NCBI RefSeq assembly: GCF_963921235.1
Contig: NC_086097.1
Coordinates: forward strand, 232,068,001-232,132,000
Length of the DNA stretch: 64,000 nt
Direction: 5' to 3'
Source of the DNA: Mobula hypostoma
Taxonomy: Eukaryota
Positions 24,771 through 36,770 of the stretch are shown one piece after another. Position 1 is the stretch's first letter; every line of letters starts with the position of its first letter. The notes under the pieces are model-generated. The model saw only the letters and a program-made list of their open reading frames with translations. It had not been told where the DNA came from and did not search any database. The position numbers and the translations under genes were made by a program.

Positions 24771-25689
24771 AAAGTTCTATATGCATCTTAACAAGCACCT
24801 ATATTGTTTTCAGGGGAGTGCTAGGAAGCACGAGGCACGTTAAGCTCTGTGCAGAAGGTGAAGCTCGGTGACCATAGGTGGCTGTTACTAGTTGAAGGAT
24901 TAAAAGGTAAACCACTTCCTAGTTCTGCTGGCATGTTTCCTCTGTAGACACACTAATAGCTATTTCTTCCTTTGTTGGACAGGGCTTCTATTTTGTGTGA
25001 AAACAATAGCATTTCTAATCACAAAAACAACGTGATAAATGCCTTTTATGCTTACTAAAAGATGAATGGGTAAAATTCTCCAGATTATTTCAGGTCAGAG
25101 GGGTTATATTAGAAATCTAAAAAAAATACCTGGAAAAATACTAGCAGGCTGCTGACTGTTGTGACTTAAGTATATTTATTTTATATTTATAATATATCTG
25201 CAAATGCTTATCTACATATACCTTGGCGTTTTCAAACAGGAGCATTCATTAAAATCATAAATCAGAAACAAATCCCAAAATTTTTCCCACCCATCAATTC
25301 TAGTGTAGATGAAACAACACTATTCCTGTAGAGTTTAAAATAAGCTTTTAAGATCGACTTCTATTATTTTTCATTGATAAATACATTTCTATTTTCTTAT
25401 TATTGAATATTTCAGTTGTCTAACTTTTTTTTCTGTTGCCCTCAACACTGATATAATTTTAGAGTTAATATCCTTGGAAATATCTGCTCTATGTTAAATC
25501 ACTGATAGTTTTCAAAAGTTGTTAGAAGAGATTACAAATTTGTATTTTATCTGCTGACACCTATCCAGCTTTGACTATTACCTACAATGCACAAAATGGC
25601 AGCTGAAGGCATTATTTTAAGTCTATGTCTCCTGATGTCTCAATGTGCCTTTTCAATGAATACAAACAGCTGCAATCCCAGTCTGTTCT

Positions 25690-26328
25690 GGGTTGGATAG
25701 AGTAGTGGTTGTAGAGCTGTTGTGATGAGCCTAATGTGGTAGCGTAGTGGGTAGTGTCTGTCGCTCCCGCTTTCACCTTCCACCGCTGGCTGGCAGTCTC
25801 ACGAGAAGGAAAGCTGAATGTGTAGGTCTCTCCCTGTCAGTACGTAGCCTCTCCAACAACAAGCGTCATGTAGTGCCTCCTTGCTGGTGACACACGGAAA
25901 CTGAACTCCTCTTGAGCTCAGGCTGAACTGCAGAGGATGGGAAGGAGGTCTGGCACTTGCACACGTAGAAACAGGCCCATCGGTGTGTGGACACACCCTG
26001 GTGCTCGTGAACCTATGGGTAAATAGTTCCACTGCCTTGTGGGCAGCCTCAGGAGAGATGAAGGCTACGGGAGTAAACCTAGATGGCAAATCCAGAGTGA
26101 AGCCCTTAAGGCAGCTGGTCATCATTGAACATCCTTCTGGCAGCCCCTGCAGCCAAGCTAGTGCCAAGTGTATTGCTTTATAAGCTTCCCTTTGGATTAC
26201 ACTGGCGAAGCCGAGAGGGGGTCTTGATGACGGGGCATCTCAGGATCTCCATACTGTCTGCCCAGGCTCGTGATGATGACCATCATCACCCATTGTCCTT
26301 TGAGATGGACAGATGCCAACCAACCAAT
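25690..26328 (+). mobile_element. Non-autonomous RTE-related element
   Basis: Colinear with the reverse complement of 17783-18415; ends cccattgtcctttgagatggacagatgccaaccaacc. Confidence 0.7.
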
Positions 26329-26529
26329 CACATTCTCCTACCTTCTCCCCGTGACCTTTGACACCCTTGCTAATCAAGAACCTATCAACCTCCGCTTTAA
26401 ATATACCCAGTGGCTTGGCCTCCTCAGCTGTCTGTGGCAATGAATTCCACAGATTCACCACTATCTGGCTAAAGTTATTTCCCAGGATAGTAAGCTAAAA
26501 ACTCAAATTCAAATGACAGTGTTATGTAA

Positions 26530-26770
26530 GAATACATAAAATGCTGGAGAGAATCAGCAGGTCAAGCAACATCGATGGAGGTCAACATTTCAGATTGAGC
26601 CCCTTCATCTGGACTAGAAGGAAAAAGTGGAGATTGTATAGGAAGGTGGGTGGAAGTGGTGGAGTGAGAACTGGCAGGAGGTAGGTGGGTCAAGTTGAAG
26701 TCAAGTAGCAATAGATGGACGTGACAAAGGGCTGAAGGAGATGGAATCTGATTCGAAAGGGTAAGGGCAG
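26530..26770 (-). mobile_element. Penelope-like family A 3' relic
   Basis: aaaatgctggag...cagcaggtca; decayed hammerhead on minus strand agtccagatgaagggctcaatctgaaatgttgac. Confidence 0.7.
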
Positions 26771-26879
26771 AACTGAGTTAATACAATGCCACTATGATTG
26801 AAAATCTTAACATTGACTGTCCAGTCTCAAAGCAGACACAAGATCTTGTCATTTGGATAGGATGTCAAGGCTGACCAGT

Positions 26880-27407
26880 GGCAAAGGCACTGCAAGTTAG
26901 GACCAACTTCTGCAGGGCGTACCACGGAGAGCATTCTAACTGGTTGCATCGCAGTCTGGTATGGAGAGGATAATGCACAGGATTGCAAAAAGCTGCAGAC
27001 AGTTGTAATATCAGACAGCTTCATCTCGGGCTGTCCCAGTGTTCGCAGTGTTAAGCCGATTCCTTAAACAAGAAGCAGTCATCGTTAAAGACCCCATCAC
27101 ACAGGATATACACTCTTCTCATTACTACCGTCAGGGAGGAAGCTCAGGAACCTGAAGACACACACTCAACATTTTAGGAACAGCTTCTTTGCCTGTGCCA
27201 TCAGATTTCTAAATTTCACCTTACTCCTTTAGTTCTCTTTTTTTGCTCTGCGTACACACAAGTATGTATATATGTTTGAGTATGTGTGCATATATGTTTC
27301 ATATTGTAAGTTATAGTATATTTTATGTATTGCACTGCGCGCTGCTACAGAACATCACATTTCACAACATACGCCACTGATAATAAACCCGACTCTGATT
27401 CTGATTC
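26880..27407 (+). mobile_element. Rex1/Babar 3' fragment
   Basis: gagagcattctaactggttgcatc (ESILTGCI) and tail aataaacccgactctgattctgattc. Confidence 0.8.
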
Positions 27408-27559
27408 CAGTCAAGGTTTTCAGCAGAGGAACCAAGAGGAGCAATTCAGTGTTGGAAATAAATGGGAAAGCAACAGAAAGCACATTTGGCCCGGAGTCAA
27501 CCAAGAAACACGTGCTTTTGCATTTGCACCTCCAAGGCAACCTGTCAGATAAAAACAAA

Positions 27560-27910
27560 GTTATAATTTGCATTTACATTTCACCATCATCTCCTCAGGG
27601 CACCGCAAAACCCTTCACAATGAATTAATTACTGAAAGGCTGCGGCCAGGCACGAAGGAATAAAGATCCCAAATTAGAATGTGTATTAACAAATAGGTTT
27701 AGTTACATTTGGTGCTGTTGGCTGAGAAAGAAATGTTGACCAGGACAGTGGGAGAAGTCCCTGCTTTCCTTCAAATGTCATGTAGCCATTTACAGTATAT
27801 CCAAGTGCCTTGCAGAATGCTTATGTATGGCCTCCGTTTAAAACCGCATTTAAATCGGGCACTGATAATGTCAGCAATGCATTACAGCCACGGAGCAGCA
27901 TGCTGAGATC
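27560..27910 (-). mobile_element. Ancient Deu-domain SINE relic (SacSINE1/AmnSINE1-like)
   Basis: ggctgagaaagaaatgttgaccaggacagtgggagaagtccctgctttccttcaaat...ggcctccgtttaa resembles the reverse complement of the Deu domain as recalled; highly diverged. Confidence 0.55.
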
Positions 27911-29130
27911 CCTTTAATCTTAATGCAGCCATCCCTAAATCAGAGGTTTCGTGTCAAAAAAACAGAATTAGAGAAAAGCACATTACCAAATGAAGCAAGC
28001 TGACACAACAAAAGTATGTTGTGTATCAAAATGTTATTTACTTTGGAGAAAACGCACTGGAAAGATCGTGCCCCCACAGAAATACTTATAGCATTACCAA
28101 TGTTAAGTTCACTGGAAAAGTTATCAGTCACTTTTCAATGTTTTTGCTGCTCATGCTTTCATCTTTGATGACATTCCCATAGCCTTTAGGCCGATCCTGC
28201 TGTCAGTTCTTGGAGATAGACCTGAGAGATTTAAAATTACATGCGTCTGGCAAGCCGGGGGGGGGGGGGCGGGCTGGACAGTTGTCACTCACGTTGGCCC
28301 CACACGTTAGCAAAGGGTTTCGCTGTAAGTATCATGTATTTCAACTCCATTTCCAGGATTTGTAAGGACTGTGAGTTAATTTAAAGGGCACAACTATAAA
28401 CGTTTTGGGGGACTTCAGATTCTTGGGAGGTTTCATGACAGTTCAAAGAAAAGTTTTTTTTTCCTCCTTTTTTTCGTCACCAAAATTTTTTCAACCTTTA
28501 AAACAATGTTTTTTTTTCTTGGGACATTGTAAGAGTTGCCTACATCGATGTACTCTTGTTAGTTTTGGATAATAATAACAAAAAGATTTGAAAAGATTGT
28601 TCAGTGGATCCATTTCTTCCTCACTAGCACCCTAAATACTCCGTGAGAATCAACCGGCTCGGCTGTTCGACGGAAGACTGAGAGATGCTAAACTCAACAA
28701 TATACCCCAGAGATATGCTGGCCCCTCCTACCAGTCTCTGCACTGATGCGATCGTGGAATGAGATACACACAGTCCCTTTCTCTGAAGGAACGTTATCAC
28801 TGTAAGCTGAGTAGCTAAGTTAAGTTTGTGTAAGCACAAGTAACCATATGCTGATTGGTGCTATATATACAGCCTGATCTGAGAATATCACATATTAAAG
28901 TCAATGTATTAGTGCACTGAAAACAGCACGTCAGTTCATGGCCCCCTCTACTGCTATGATGAAGCACTCTCAGGTTGGAGGAGCAACATCTCATATTCCA
29001 TCTGGGTAGCCTTCAACCTGATGGCATGAATGCAAACACCAGGAATTCTGCTGATGCTGGAATTTCAAGCGAGACACATCAAAGTTGCTGGTGAACACAG
29101 CAGGCCAGGCAGCATCTCTAGGAAGAGGTA

Positions 29131-29168
29131 CAGTCGACGTTTCGGGCCGAGACCCTTCGTCAGGACTA
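29131..29168 (-). ncRNA. Minimal hammerhead ribozyme motif, intact core
   Basis: Minus strand: tagtc CTGACGA a ggg-tctcgg-ccc GAAA c g TC gactg. This gives helix I agtc/gact, helix II ggg/ccc, a palindromic loopless helix III (ACGU) and a GUC cleavage triplet. Confidence 0.75.
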
Positions 29169-29179
29169 ATGTTAACAGT

Positions 29180-29217
29180 TAGTCCTGACGAAGGGTCTCG
29201 GCCCGAAATGTCGACTG
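29180..29217 (+). ncRNA. Minimal hammerhead ribozyme motif (one helix III substitution)
   Basis: tagtc CTGACGA a ggg-tctcgg-ccc GAAA t g TC gactg. Confidence 0.65.
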
Positions 29218-30354
29218 TACCCCTTCCTAGAGATGCTGCCTGGCCTGCTGCGTTCACCAGCAATTTTTATGTGTGTTGATGGATTGAACATTTATTTCTC
29301 TAACTTCCCATAATTTTTCGTCCTTCCCCTTCCCTCTTCGTCCATTCCCCATTCTGGCTACCCTCTTACCTCTTCTCTGCTCACTTGCCTATCAGTTCCC
29401 TCTGGTTGCCCTCCTCCTTCCTCCTTTCTCTCATGGTCTGCTCTCCCCTTCTATCAGATTCCTTCTTCTTCAGCCTTTACCTTTTCCACTTATCATATCC
29501 CAGCTTCCCACTTTATCCCCCCCCCACCACCTACCTACCTTCCCCACCATTTTGCTTCACCTATCACCTGCTAGCTTCTGCTCCATCTCCTCCCCTCACA
29601 TTCATATTCTGACTTCTTCCCCTTTCCTTTCCAGTCCCTATGAAGGGCCACGGCCCGAAACATCAACTGTTCTTCCTTTCCCCAGATGCTACATGACCTG
29701 CTGAGTTCCTCCAGCATTTTCTAAGTGTTACTCTGGACTGCCAGCATCTGCTGAATCTCTTGTGTTTATTGAAAATAGCATAACTGGGATAGTCTCATCT
29801 ACTGTGACAGAATCATGGATCTGAGCAACACAGAACTGACTATTCCAGCCAATTAGTTCATGATTCACAAGGACCTGCTTCCACTTCAACCTATCAGTAC
29901 TTCTTACTGTTCCTCATGAGATAAAGGTCTCATTATCATTCCACTGGGATAAAATGTGAATCAAAATTAACTTCTTTTCCCAAGCTAACATTCTTAGCAT
30001 TGAAATCCTTCTTATATCCCATCCGCATTGATGGGCAGGCCTTGGCAAATGTGTGCCTGATACTAGCCTCCCAGAAGCTGGTTCTCTGTTCCAGCCTCTA
30101 TCATGGGAGATTGCCAGACAGACGGAAGAAAAGATTCAAGAAAAACACAACCTCCCCTTTGACTCCCTGGAGTTCCAGGCTCAAGCCAACTTGGAGGGGA
30201 AAAGGAGCATTTGGAATGGCACTCAGAACCTCAAGCCCATTCACTGACGGCCCGTGGAAGCCCAGTACAAGCGCTGGAAAAGGAGTTCCAACAACTGTCT
30301 TGTCAGGCACTTCTTGTCCTTTCAATGACATGGTCTATGGGTCCCACACCTCAG

Positions 30355-30697
30355 AACATAAGAAATAGGAGCAGGAGTCAGCCATCTGCACCGTCGAGCC
30401 TGCTCTGCCATTCAGTAAGATCATGGCTGATCTGGCCATGGACTCATCTCCAGCTACCTGCCTTTTCCCCACAACTCTTAATTCCCCTTCTGTGCAAAAA
30501 CCTATTCAACCTTATCTTAAATATACATATTTACTGAGGCAGCCTCCACTGCTTCATTGGGCAAAGAATTCCACAGATTCACCACTCTCTGGGAAAAGCT
30601 GTTCCTCCTCACCTCTGCCCTAAATCTACTCCCCTGAACCTTGAGGCTATGTCCCCTCGTTCTAGTCTCACCTACCAGTGGAAACAACTTTCCTGCT
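30355..30697 (-). mobile_element. CR1 3' end fragment
   Basis: ORF 30517-30792 includes TRTRGHSLK...FSQRVVNLWNSLP; tail agaacataagaaataggagcagg. Confidence 0.85.
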
Positions 30698-31025
30698 GAT
30701 CCCAGAATGCTGAAATGTAAGCAAGTCGTCCTCAATGCCAAAGAAGAAGAAAGGTGATTGTGCAAGTTGTGACATAAATGAGCAAATTGCACATTCTCGT
30801 CACTACTTCACTTGCTGTGTGAATTACTGGATTAGATTTATAGTCCCTGATATCAGTGTGACACAGGAAGTGTAATCAGAAAAACTGGCCCAGTCTGTTT
30901 AGATATCCAAAACTGCATTTGTCGCTGGTCGGTGAATCGTCCCCAACATCATACTGATGAAGGTACTCGCCCAAACCTAGCAGGTCATTGATGCCACGTT
31001 ATTGTAACAACAAGGCTGCTACTTT

Positions 31026-31957
31026 AGAACATAGATCATAGAACATAGAACAGTACAGCACATTACAGGCCATTCGGCCCACAATATTGTGCCGACCCTC
31101 AAACTCTGCCTCCCATATAAACCCCCAACTTAAATTCCTCCATATACCTGTCTAGTAGTCTCTTAAACTTCACTAGTGTATCTGCCTCCACCACTGACTC
31201 AGGCAGTGCATTCCACGCACCAACCACTCTCTGAGTAAAAAACCTTCCTCTAATATCCCCCTTGAACTTCCTACCCCTTACCTTAAAGCCATGTCCTCTT
31301 GTATTGAGCAGTGGTGCCCTGGGGAAGAGGCGCTGGCTATCCACTCTATCTATTCCTCTTATTATCTTGTACACCTCTATCATGTCTCCTCTCATCCTCC
31401 TTCTTTCCAAAGAGTAAAGCCCTAGCTCCCTTAATCTCTGATCATAATGCATACTCTCTAAACCAGGCAGCATCCTGGTAAATCTCCGCTGTACCCTTTC
31501 CAATGCTTCCACATCCTTCCTATAGTGAGGCAACCAGAAATGGACGCAGTACTCCAAGTGTGGCCTAACCAGGGTTTTACAGAGCTACATCATTACCTCG
31601 CGACTCTTAAACTCTATCCCTCGACTTATGAAAGCTAACACCCCATAAGCTTTCTTAACTACCCTATCTACCTGTGAGGCATCTGTGGACATGTACCCCG
31701 AGATCCCTCTGCTCCTCCACACTACCAAGTATCCTGCCATTTACTTTGTACTCTGCCTTGGAGTTTGTCCTTCCAAAGTGTACCACCTCACACTTCTCTG
31801 GGTTGAACTCCATTTGTCACTTCTCAGCCCTCTTCTGCATCCTATCAATGTCTCTCTGCAATCTTCGACAACCCTCTACACTAACTACAACACCACCAAC
31901 CTTTGTGTCGTCTGCAAACTTGCCAACCCACCCTCCTACCCCCACATCCAGGTCATT
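31026..31957 (-). mobile_element. CR1 3' portion, relatively young, 5'-truncated
   Basis: ORF 31099-31557 EYCVHFWLPHYRKDVEALERVQRRFTRMLPG...FFTQRVVGAWNALP; (atagaac)n tail. Confidence 0.9.
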
Positions 31958-33204
31958 TGGAGCTGACTGCTCCAGGTCGCACCCTCACAAGCATGAGCAT
32001 CTCCGCACTGCTCTTCCGCTTCTCATAGACATAGACATGTAGTACAGAGAGAAAGAGAGAGCCTGTTAGTCCTCACGTTGGTGGGGTGCTTGGAAAAGTG
32101 TAACATGGGAACAATGAGCTGCTGGTCTCCACTCCCGTGGTTGCAGGAGCGACTTCTCCCTGCCTCATTGAGAGAGAGAGAACCCATCTGAGATACCAAA
32201 GTGATGGCTTGTGGACTGTAGTTTTGATGGACTCTAGATCAAGGAAGACTCTTTCTGCCTTGAGCTGTTGCTTGCATGGTGTGGGAGGGGTATCAATCCT
32301 TTTGCTGCTGCACGTGTGAAAGGGGGGTAGTTTTGGGCCTTTGATGATTCTATCATTGATTCTATGGGGTTTCTTGATTTGTGGATATCTGTGAAAAGTA
32401 CGGATTTCAGGTTATATTCCCTGATGTTAAATGAACCTTTGAGTGTTTGAACACACTGCTGGAAGACAGAGGAGGGGGAGGAGAATTGGGCTCTGCACAG
32501 AAGGTGAGGTCCATGCAGGAAGTTCAAGGAGCATTCCTCTCACCAGGAAAGTTGTGCAAGACCCATCTGACTTCAATAATGATGCTGTTTGCTGCAGCAA
32601 CAGAGCAGGGCAATGACCTGGCTGTCAGTGGCTGTAAAGGTAACTATGGCAGTGAACCTTTATGTAATGGTCTCCTTTCAGTCTGAAACTGGACGTACTT
32701 GCAACATCCAACAGTGCGTTGCCCAAGAGAGGTCACTGAGGTTTCCAGTTCAAAGCCAGCCAATGAGATTCCACTCTTTTTTTTCTGCTATAACTTTTGC
32801 AACATCCTGCACACCCTCTTTGAACATTAAAGTCTACCGCCGTGATGGCAGCAATCTGGCTTTGACTGGTGCCTGTCAGTTATTAAGAGGTTTCTGGCTG
32901 GACAATGTCCCTTGCTGCCATATTGATCAGCAGGTGACAGTGCACGGGTGGGGCAGCAGGCTTAACAATGGAGTTGGCCACTATTTCCATACTAAATCAA
33001 ATAAGCTACAACGTCTAAAGAAACTTTGGTGCCAAATTACTGTCAGAATTTGCTATGTTCCTTAGTATTGAGCACAAACATTTTTGGAAGGTTTCCAACT
33101 GCACCAAACTTCTTGCAACTGCTCAATTATTCCTCACGTGAGCACGCTGTGGGAGATATTTTGCCTGCCCTTGCTCTCTTGAAAGTGGCTTGCTTTTCTC
33201 ACTG

Positions 33205-33690
33205 AAAACCAAAACGTACTGCAGAGGATTCAAATGTGGAGTATTCAAACAAAACGGGGGAGAGACTTAGCAGGTCATGCAGCATCAGACGAAAGGGTCT
33301 TCTGTTTGAAACATTGACCCTTTCACAACACACACAAAATGCTGGAGGAACTCAACAGGCCGGGCAGCGTCTATGGGAAGGAATAAACGGTTGACATTTC
33401 AGGCCGAGGCCCTTCATCAGGACTGGAAAGGAAGAGGGAAAAAGGATGGGGTAGGGAAGGAGTACACGCTGGAAGGTGAAAGGTGACTCTAGATGAGGGG
33501 GAGGTAAGTGGGTGGTGGGGGGGGAGGTTGAAGTGAGAAGCTGGGAGGTGATAGGTGGAAAAGGTAAAGGGCAGAGGGAGAAGGAATCTGATTGGAGAGG
33601 AGAGTGGACCATGGGAGATAGAGAAGGAGGAAGGGCACTGGGGATGGTGGTAGGGGAATGGAAAAAGAGAGAGGGAGAAAATTAGAGTTC
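33205..33690 (-). mobile_element. Penelope-like family A, two tandem 3' ends
   Basis: Minus strand cagtcCTGATGAagggcctcggcctGAAAtgtcaac at ~33390-33425; purine-rich tract on the plus strand. Confidence 0.8.
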
Positions 33691-34599
33691 AATATTGACT
33701 GACCTGGTGAGTGTGTCCAGTAGTTTCCGTGGTCATTACCATTCCTTCTGTCCTAGGCAAATGTGCCACATGCCGATAATTTGCTTGTTGATGGGAGGTG
33801 AGCTGTGAGGATAATGTCACCTCACTTGGCTTCAGCCCAGTTCTGACCATTCCCTGAACTAAAGACATTCCAGTATTGGCCAGCACCATCCTCCGCGATG
33901 GAGACCAAGTCTGTGGGTATATTTAAGGTGGAAGTTGATAGTTTCCTTATTGGTCAGGGCATTAAAAGATATGGTGAGAAGGCAGGTGTATGGTATTGAG
34001 TGGGATCTGGGATCAGCCATGTTGGAATGGTGGAACAGACTTGATGGGCCAAATAGCCTAATTCTCATCCTATATTTTATGGTCTTATTGACTCCAGCAC
34101 AACATAGACAGCTGAGCCTGCAGTGCATCACCCCCTCACTGATCAGGCTCTCCCTTGCCGACCGCTCACTGCAAGCAACCTTCACCTGTAAGCAAGGCTG
34201 AAGTGCGTCAGTGTGTGCTGTGCAGAGTAGGCTTTTGTAAATAAAATGGCAGAGGCATTTTAAGTTTAAGGGAAAACCTAACAACTGGTTGTTGCCAAAA
34301 CTTCACATGATTACATTATCAAGTCAGAGCAGCCTCTTAAAGTGAACCTCAACACAGTTGTGAATTATGCATCTTTCCTCCCATTACATTACCCTCCTTA
34401 GGCTCAAATTCTGGCAGTGTGTGTGCAGACATTGCGATGTGGACGTGCAGGTGTGTGCTTTGCTGCAGTATCAGCTGTATGAGCATGTGGTGCCACGTAT
34501 GAGAGATAGGCTAAAGTCCTGATTGACTGTAATTACTGGGAGGTGAGTGATAAAGGATAGAGAGAACTTGACACTATCTGGGCTAATGTTGCAATAGAT

Positions 34600-35035
34600 A
34601 TGATATGAAGCTACAGAAAGTTGTAAAATTACTTGGCTCCATCACGGGTACCAGCCTCCGTAGTATCCAAGACATCTTCAAGGAGTGGTGCCTCAGAAAG
34701 TCAGCGTCCATTGTTAAGGACCCTCGTCACCCAAGACATACCCTTCTCTCATTGATACCATCAGGAAGGAGTACAGAAGCCTGAAGGCACACACTCAGTG
34801 ATTCAAGAACAACTTCTTTCCCTCTGCCATCCGATTCCTAAATGGACATTGAACCCATGAACGCTACCTCACTGTTTTTGCACTATTTTAAATTTAATGA
34901 TTGAATATACATTTATATACTTACTGTAATTGATTTATTTTTTCTCTGTTATCATGTATTGCATGTACAGCTGCCGTTAAATTAACAAATTTCACGACAT
35001 TTGCCAATGATATTAAATCTAATTCTGATTCTGAT
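34600..35035 (+). mobile_element. Rex1/Babar 3' fragment
   Basis: Homologous to 8740-9190; tail attaaatctaattctgattctga. Confidence 0.8.
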
Positions 35036-35544
35036 ATGATGTACCACTGGAAAGAACTTTATCTGATCTGTATATTATGTGAGAACATTGAACATCTTGT
35101 GGTAATGCATCAGGGTCCTCTGTGTTTGACTCCTGTAATAACCCATAAACATAAATGTATTTTTGATGCATTGTTGCTATTTTCTTAATGTCAGACAAAA
35201 CCATTATAGATTAAAGATAGAATAACCCTGCAAATATTTATTTTCCTGGTGAATGAAAATTTATTGTTCTCACTCCAATATCAGTTACTAGTCATTTAAA
35301 TCTGAAATTATTGCTTTAATCAATAGAAATGTACCATGGAGAAAATTCTCTGTGTTGACTCCATGTGTACTGGTTTCTATAATCTCTTGTCAAACATACG
35401 GCAAGGCATGACGTTGCCATTGCAACAACATGCAAAATAATCCCTTGCTAAGGATAACCATTTCAAGGACTGCTTTTCATCAGTCTGTAAAAATGGCCAC
35501 ATATATATATAAGCACTATGTCTCAGCATTTATTTCAATATTAA

Positions 35545-35995
35545 TCCAACAAAAGGTAGTGGATTCAGCCCAGCATATCATGAGTAAAACCCTCCCAACC
35601 ATTGAACACATCTACATGCAATGTTCTCATAAAAGAGCAGCATCCATCATCAAAGATCCTCACCATTCTTTTCTCGCTGCTGCCATCAGGTAGAAGGGAC
35701 AAATGCCTCAGGACTCTCGCATTATCAGATTCAAGAAAAGTTACTACTGCTCAGTCATCAGGCTCTTGAAAAAAAGGGATAACTACACTCATTTAAGGAC
35801 TCTTTTATCTTGTTATTTCAGGCTCATTATTTATGGCTACTTATTTATATCTGCATTTGCAGTTTGTTGTCCATTGATCCTGTTTACAGTTACTGTTCTG
35901 TAGATTTGCTAAGTATGCCCACAGAAAGAAAAAGAATCTCAGGGTTGTGTTTGGTGACATGTATCTACTCTGATAACAAAGTTTACTTTGAACAA
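35545..35995 (+). mobile_element. Rex1-type 3' fragment
   Basis: QKVVDSAQHI...RAASIIKDPHH in ORF 35430-35693; tail tgataacaaagtttactttgaac. Confidence 0.8.
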
Positions 35996-36404
35996 CATTC
36001 ATGGAAAATGAGCCGTCTCACCTACAGCTTCATTCACAACATCCGTTTCTCTCCTGTGACTGATATACTTCACTGAAAGTTCAGTTGAACTAACTTCTCA
36101 ACTTTGAAAGCAAAAACATTGCAAAGGCGATGGATATTCAGAAACTGGTCCCGCAGCACTCATTTTTGATGTAAAGTTCACCTAAGGGACAGCAAATTGT
36201 CTCACATAGTTAATTCCATTCTCAGTGAGTGCTGAGTACTAATTAAAGCAAGCATTAGATCTATCCATCTGTAAATCAGTAGGCAAATACTTAGGTTAGG
36301 ACTCCAAATACATATGTTGTGCTCCACCTATGTTTTGAATCCTCTGGTATTTCTTCCAAGTTATCAACAGTGTGTTTAGTATTGGCTTTAAGCCAGCATC
36401 ATTG

Positions 36405-36770
36405 AAACGAAAATGAAGGCACAGCAGCACCTCTACTTCCTGAGAAATTTTGCACAGATTTGGCATGTTATATAACACTTCGACAAACTTCTATAGGTAC
36501 ACGTTGGAGAGCTTGCTCAACGGTTGCACCATGGCCTGGTATGGAAACACTGATGCCCGGAAATGGAAAAGCCTACAAAAAGTGATGGATATGGTCAGCC
36601 CATCACAGGCAGATCCCTCAACCAGCTTTGCACATCTATAAGACATATTGCCACAAGAAAGCAGCATCTGTCATCAAGGACCCCACCATCCGGGCTATGT
36701 TCTCTTTGCACTGCTGCCATTGGGCAGGAAGCACAGGAGTCTTAGGTCCCATACCAGCTGGTTCAGGAAC
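36405..36770 (+). mobile_element. Rex1-type RT C-terminal fragment
   Basis: ORF 36450-36641 NFYRYTLESLLNGCTMAWYG...LQKV. Confidence 0.75.

Larger units (their letters stand above)
29074..29274. repeat. Near-perfect ~200-bp palindrome made of Penelope family A terminal repeat
   Basis: Arms 29074-29169 and 29179-29274 differ at about 5 positions; the centre tgttaaca is itself palindromic. Confidence 0.95.
28940..29768 (+). mobile_element. Penelope-like family A 3' fragment (GIY-YIG C-terminus plus terminal repeat), interrupted by a palindromic insertion
   Basis: aggttggaggagcaacatctcatattccatctgggtagccttcaacctgatggcatgaat = RLEEQHLIFHLGSLQPDGMN; resumes at 29277 and ends with a decayed hammerhead and the family terminus. 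Confidence 0.88.

Noticed and set aside
28991..29279. Two near-identical overlapping ORFs on opposite strands (MLVNxAGQAASLGRG...)
   Set aside because: By-product of the palindrome in a non-coding terminal repeat.
30950..30980. ctgatgaagg...cccaaac, a possible hammerhead
   Set aside because: GAAA and helix I are missing and there is no clear flanking family sequence.
32589..33065. 158-aa ORF in unique sequence
   Set aside because: No recognisable domain and no convincing splice-site pair; consistent with chance.
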